From an uncultured cyanobacterium (GTDB lineage Bacteria; Cyanobacteriota; Cyanobacteriia; PCC-9006; JAAUQQ01): a stretch of DNA of 64,000 nt. The notes below the pieces were generated by a model. The model was not told the origin of the DNA. It made no database searches and worked only from the letters and a program-made list of their open reading frames with translations. This document shows positions 61,913 to 64,000 of this stretch, piece after piece. Position numbers and translations under genes: made by a program. How positions within the stretch are numbered: the first letter of the stretch is position 1; each line of letters opens with the position of its first letter. The DNA lies in NCBI GenBank assembly GCA_963718615.1, contig OY970368.1, positions 1,408,001 to 1,472,000 on the forward strand, in the 5' to 3' direction.

Positions 61913-63091
61913 ATGGCGACTTCATTTTTTAATAGCGGAATTGGTAATGGTTCAATTTCGCTGAGTAATCCTTTTAGTTCAGGTCTTTTTTCTGGCGGCA
62001 TTGGGAGCATACCCGGCAGCAGTTCAAGTAGCGGAACTATTCAAGGGGATAACGGAGATAACTTTTTGTCCGGTAGTTCTGCTGGCAATGATGTAATTTT
62101 TGGGAGAGGTGGTAACGATCGCCTCTTCGGTTACGGCGGTAATGACACCCTCAACGGAGATGATGGGAATGATTTCATTGACGGGGGACAAGGCAACGAT
62201 ATCTTGAACGGTGGCAACGGAGACGACACCATTCAAGGCGGATCGGGTGACGATATCATTGATGGCGGTGCAGGCAACGATCGCCTCTTCGGGGTCAGCG
62301 GCAACAATCAAATCAATGGAGGGGCCGGAAACGACTTTATTCAAGGGGCAAGTGGTAGCACTTTTACCGGAGGTGGCGTTGATATTTTGCGCGGTGGCGA
62401 TGGCAACGACCAAATTTTTGGCCTTAGTGGCAACGATCAAATCTATGGAGATAATGGTAACGATATTTTAGTGGGAGATGGAGGGGATGACCGGATTGAA
62501 GGCGGTAACGGCAATGATGAGCTCCGTGGAGAAACCGGCAACGATCTCCTCTTTGGTGACTCGGGGGTAGACAAAATTCAAGGGGGTCAGGGTAATGACG
62601 TCCTCGAAGGTGGTGGCGGCAATGACACCTTAATAGGCGGAATCGGCAATGATGTATTAATCGGAGTAGGGCGTGGCAGCACTGCCATTGGAGCCTCATT
62701 CCTCGGGCGAGGCGAGCAGGATTTATTGGTTGGGGGAGCAGGAGGTGATTTATTTGTTCTAGGCGGTCAAGGCAAGGCTTATTATTTTGGCGGTTCGCTG
62801 GATGGCACAGCATTGACTGGAGCTGATGATTTCGCTGTCATTGGGGTTGAACTGCTCGGGGCAGATGGCTCGGTTACCGGGTATGGTCGTGATTTTACAG
62901 TTGACCCTGATCCTGCGATCGGAGACCGGATTCAACTTGCTAATGGCATTAACTATCAGTTAGTATCTGGAGCTTTTGCTTCAGATAGCGATGCGTTGAT
63001 TATTGCGGATGTCGGTGCTGGAGCTGAAATTGTCGCGGTCATTGTTGGCGCAACGTTAGCAGAGGTTCAGTCGACGCTCGTGTTTGCCTAA
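61913..63091 (+). CDS. RTX (hemolysin-type Ca-binding repeat) protein
   Basis: About 20 GGxGxDxL/I nonapeptides and a C-terminal T1SS-type tail (DFTV..DRIQL...IVAVIVG). RBS AGGAG. Confidence 0.9.
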   Translation: MATSFFNSGIGNGSISLSNPFSSGLFSGGIGSIPGSSSSSGTIQGDNGDNFLSGSSAGNDVIFGRGGNDRLFGYGGNDTLNGDDGNDFIDGGQGNDILNGGNGDDTIQGGSGDDIIDGGAGNDRLFGVSGNNQINGGAGNDFIQGASGSTFTGGGVDILRGGDGNDQIFGLSGNDQIYGDNGNDILVGDGGDDRIEGGNGNDELRGETGNDLLFGDSGVDKIQGGQGNDVLEGGGGNDTLIGGIGNDVLIGVGRGSTAIGASFLGRGEQDLLVGGAGGDLFVLGGQGKAYYFGGSLDGTALTGADDFAVIGVELLGADGSVTGYGRDFTVDPDPAIGDRIQLANGINYQLVSGAFASDSDALIIADVGAGAEIVAVIVGATLAEVQSTLVFA

Positions 63092-63140
63092 AGCTTGTAA
63101 ATACCGACTTGGGAACAGCTATCAAAAGGCTGACTCAACG

Positions 63141-63166
63141 AAAAGAGCCCGTAAATGGGCTCTTTT
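63141..63166. terminator. Bidirectional-type intrinsic terminator after the RTX gene
   Basis: AAAAGAGCCC-gtaaat-GGGCTCTTTT. Confidence 0.8.
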
Positions 63167-63813
63167 AGAAAGACTGGGCAGTCAATGCCGTCAGAACTAG
63201 CTCGGTATGCATGTGGTCTGCCATGGACCAACCCACTACTCAACGAGAAAATAGGTCGATAATGACTGCCAAGTACGGTAGTCCTATTTAGGTAAGGATA
63301 GCCACAACCCCTTTCACGCAGAGCTTTCAGCGCTTAGAGTGAACTTTATAGACCTGAAATATCCTGGATTTTCTCACGGTTTTACAGCCACAAAGCCAAG
63401 ATATTCACGAAATAGTAGGTACTCTGGGCCATCTCATCGGCAGATACTTACCCTCTTCTACAAGGTAAGAAATTGTTGAAATTGATGCTGGTAGAGAGTT
63501 TCAGCCATCCTTACCTTTGGAGCACTACCCGCTTATATCTTATTTCCTACGGGGCAATGAGCATTCCGGAAGAGTAAGAGAGGTTCAGTATTCTGGCTGA
63601 ATGGGAGTGTTCACAAAATCGGGTATGCCCCGCCTGTAACCCTTATGTTTTCGTTAATTTTAGGAATGTACACAAAATTCTGATAACTCCCAGTTCAGGT
63701 ATAAGCCAGACCTAGGCAATCCTTAAAAATATCCAATGGCTTGGGCGATCGCGATAGAACAAGCCAATGTTACATTTTATGTATTGACTCTCATGTCAAT
63801 ATCAAGGCCGGTC

Positions 63814-63829
63814 ATAGACAAAGATCTAT
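63814..63829 (+). promoter_or_regulatory. NdhR/CcmR-type LysR operator ATAG-N8-CTAT
   Basis: ATAG acaaagat CTAT directly upstream of ndhF3. An adjacent inverted repeat TATTGAC-N6-GTCAATA lies at 63782-63801. Confidence 0.65.
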
Positions 63830-63838
63830 ATCATACCC

Positions 63839-64000
63839 ATGCTCAATGCCGACTTCTTCGCCCAGACCAGCTGGCTCATCCCCTGCTACCCAATGATTGG
63901 GGCGCTGCTGTCGATTTTTTGGTCCCCAGCGCTCATTCGCCGCACAGGGCCACGTCCAGTAGGCTATCTCAATCTGCTCACCACGGTTTTTGCTCTGGCT
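63839..64000 (+). CDS. ndhF3: NAD(P)H dehydrogenase subunit F, CO2-uptake type (N-terminal fragment, runs off the window)
   Basis: Manual translation MLNADFFAQTSWLIPCYPMIGALLSIFWSPALIRRTGPRPVGYLNLLTTVFALA. The WSP..IRRTGPRPxGY pattern and the upstream NdhR-like site favour NdhF3 over NdhF4. Confidence 0.8.
   Translation, partial: MLNADFFAQTSWLIPCYPMIGALLSIFWSPALIRRTGPRPVGYLNLLTTVFALA

Larger units (their letters stand above)
1..64000. repeat. HIP1 (GCGATCGC) highly iterated palindrome dispersed through the window
   Basis: Dozens of copies, e.g. 3609-3616, 16296-16303 and 35787-35794, often encoding AIA/DR/RS. Confidence 0.95.

Noticed and set aside
63170-63740. Possible gene or ncRNA in the RTX-ndhF3 gap
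   Set aside because: No ORF of 60 aa or more, and no tRNA-like or strong structure recognised.

Overview
Chromosomal window from a cyanobacterium. The HIP1 octamer GCGATCGC is very frequent, and ctpC-ispG, rpsB-tsf-recG, desB and ndhF3 are cyanobacterial types. From left to right: (1) a surface locus with a giant outer-membrane beta-barrel protein, a secreted DUF11/Ig-repeat protein, a sulfotransferase, a CsaB-like pyruvyltransferase and a GT4; (2) bioB, two hypotheticals and a Pseudomonas-like ahcY; (3) an accessory patch with an internally deleted DUF4058 gene and an LRR-Roc-COR (Roco) gene showing a strand-skew switch; (4) purF, purL, a KirBac channel, ctpC and ispG; (5) a Pix/Tax-type chemosensory operon (PatA, CheY, CheW, two GAF-MCPs, CheA, CheW) converging on a catalytically degenerate PEP carboxykinase homolog; (6) oligopeptidase B, two small genes, desB, rpsB-tsf, a hypothetical and recG; (7) an HlyD / HetP-like / C39-peptidase ABC transporter locus followed by a GG-motif acidic protein and an RTX protein; (8) the start of ndhF3 with an NdhR-type site. 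No rRNA, tRNA, CRISPR array or transposase was seen. The best candidates for undescribed systems are the SprA-motif barrel plus DUF11 export module, the HetP/C39-transporter/GG-peptide/RTX export module, and the mirrored keto/amino skew around the Roco LRR region. All calls come from reading motifs by eye; no database searches were run.
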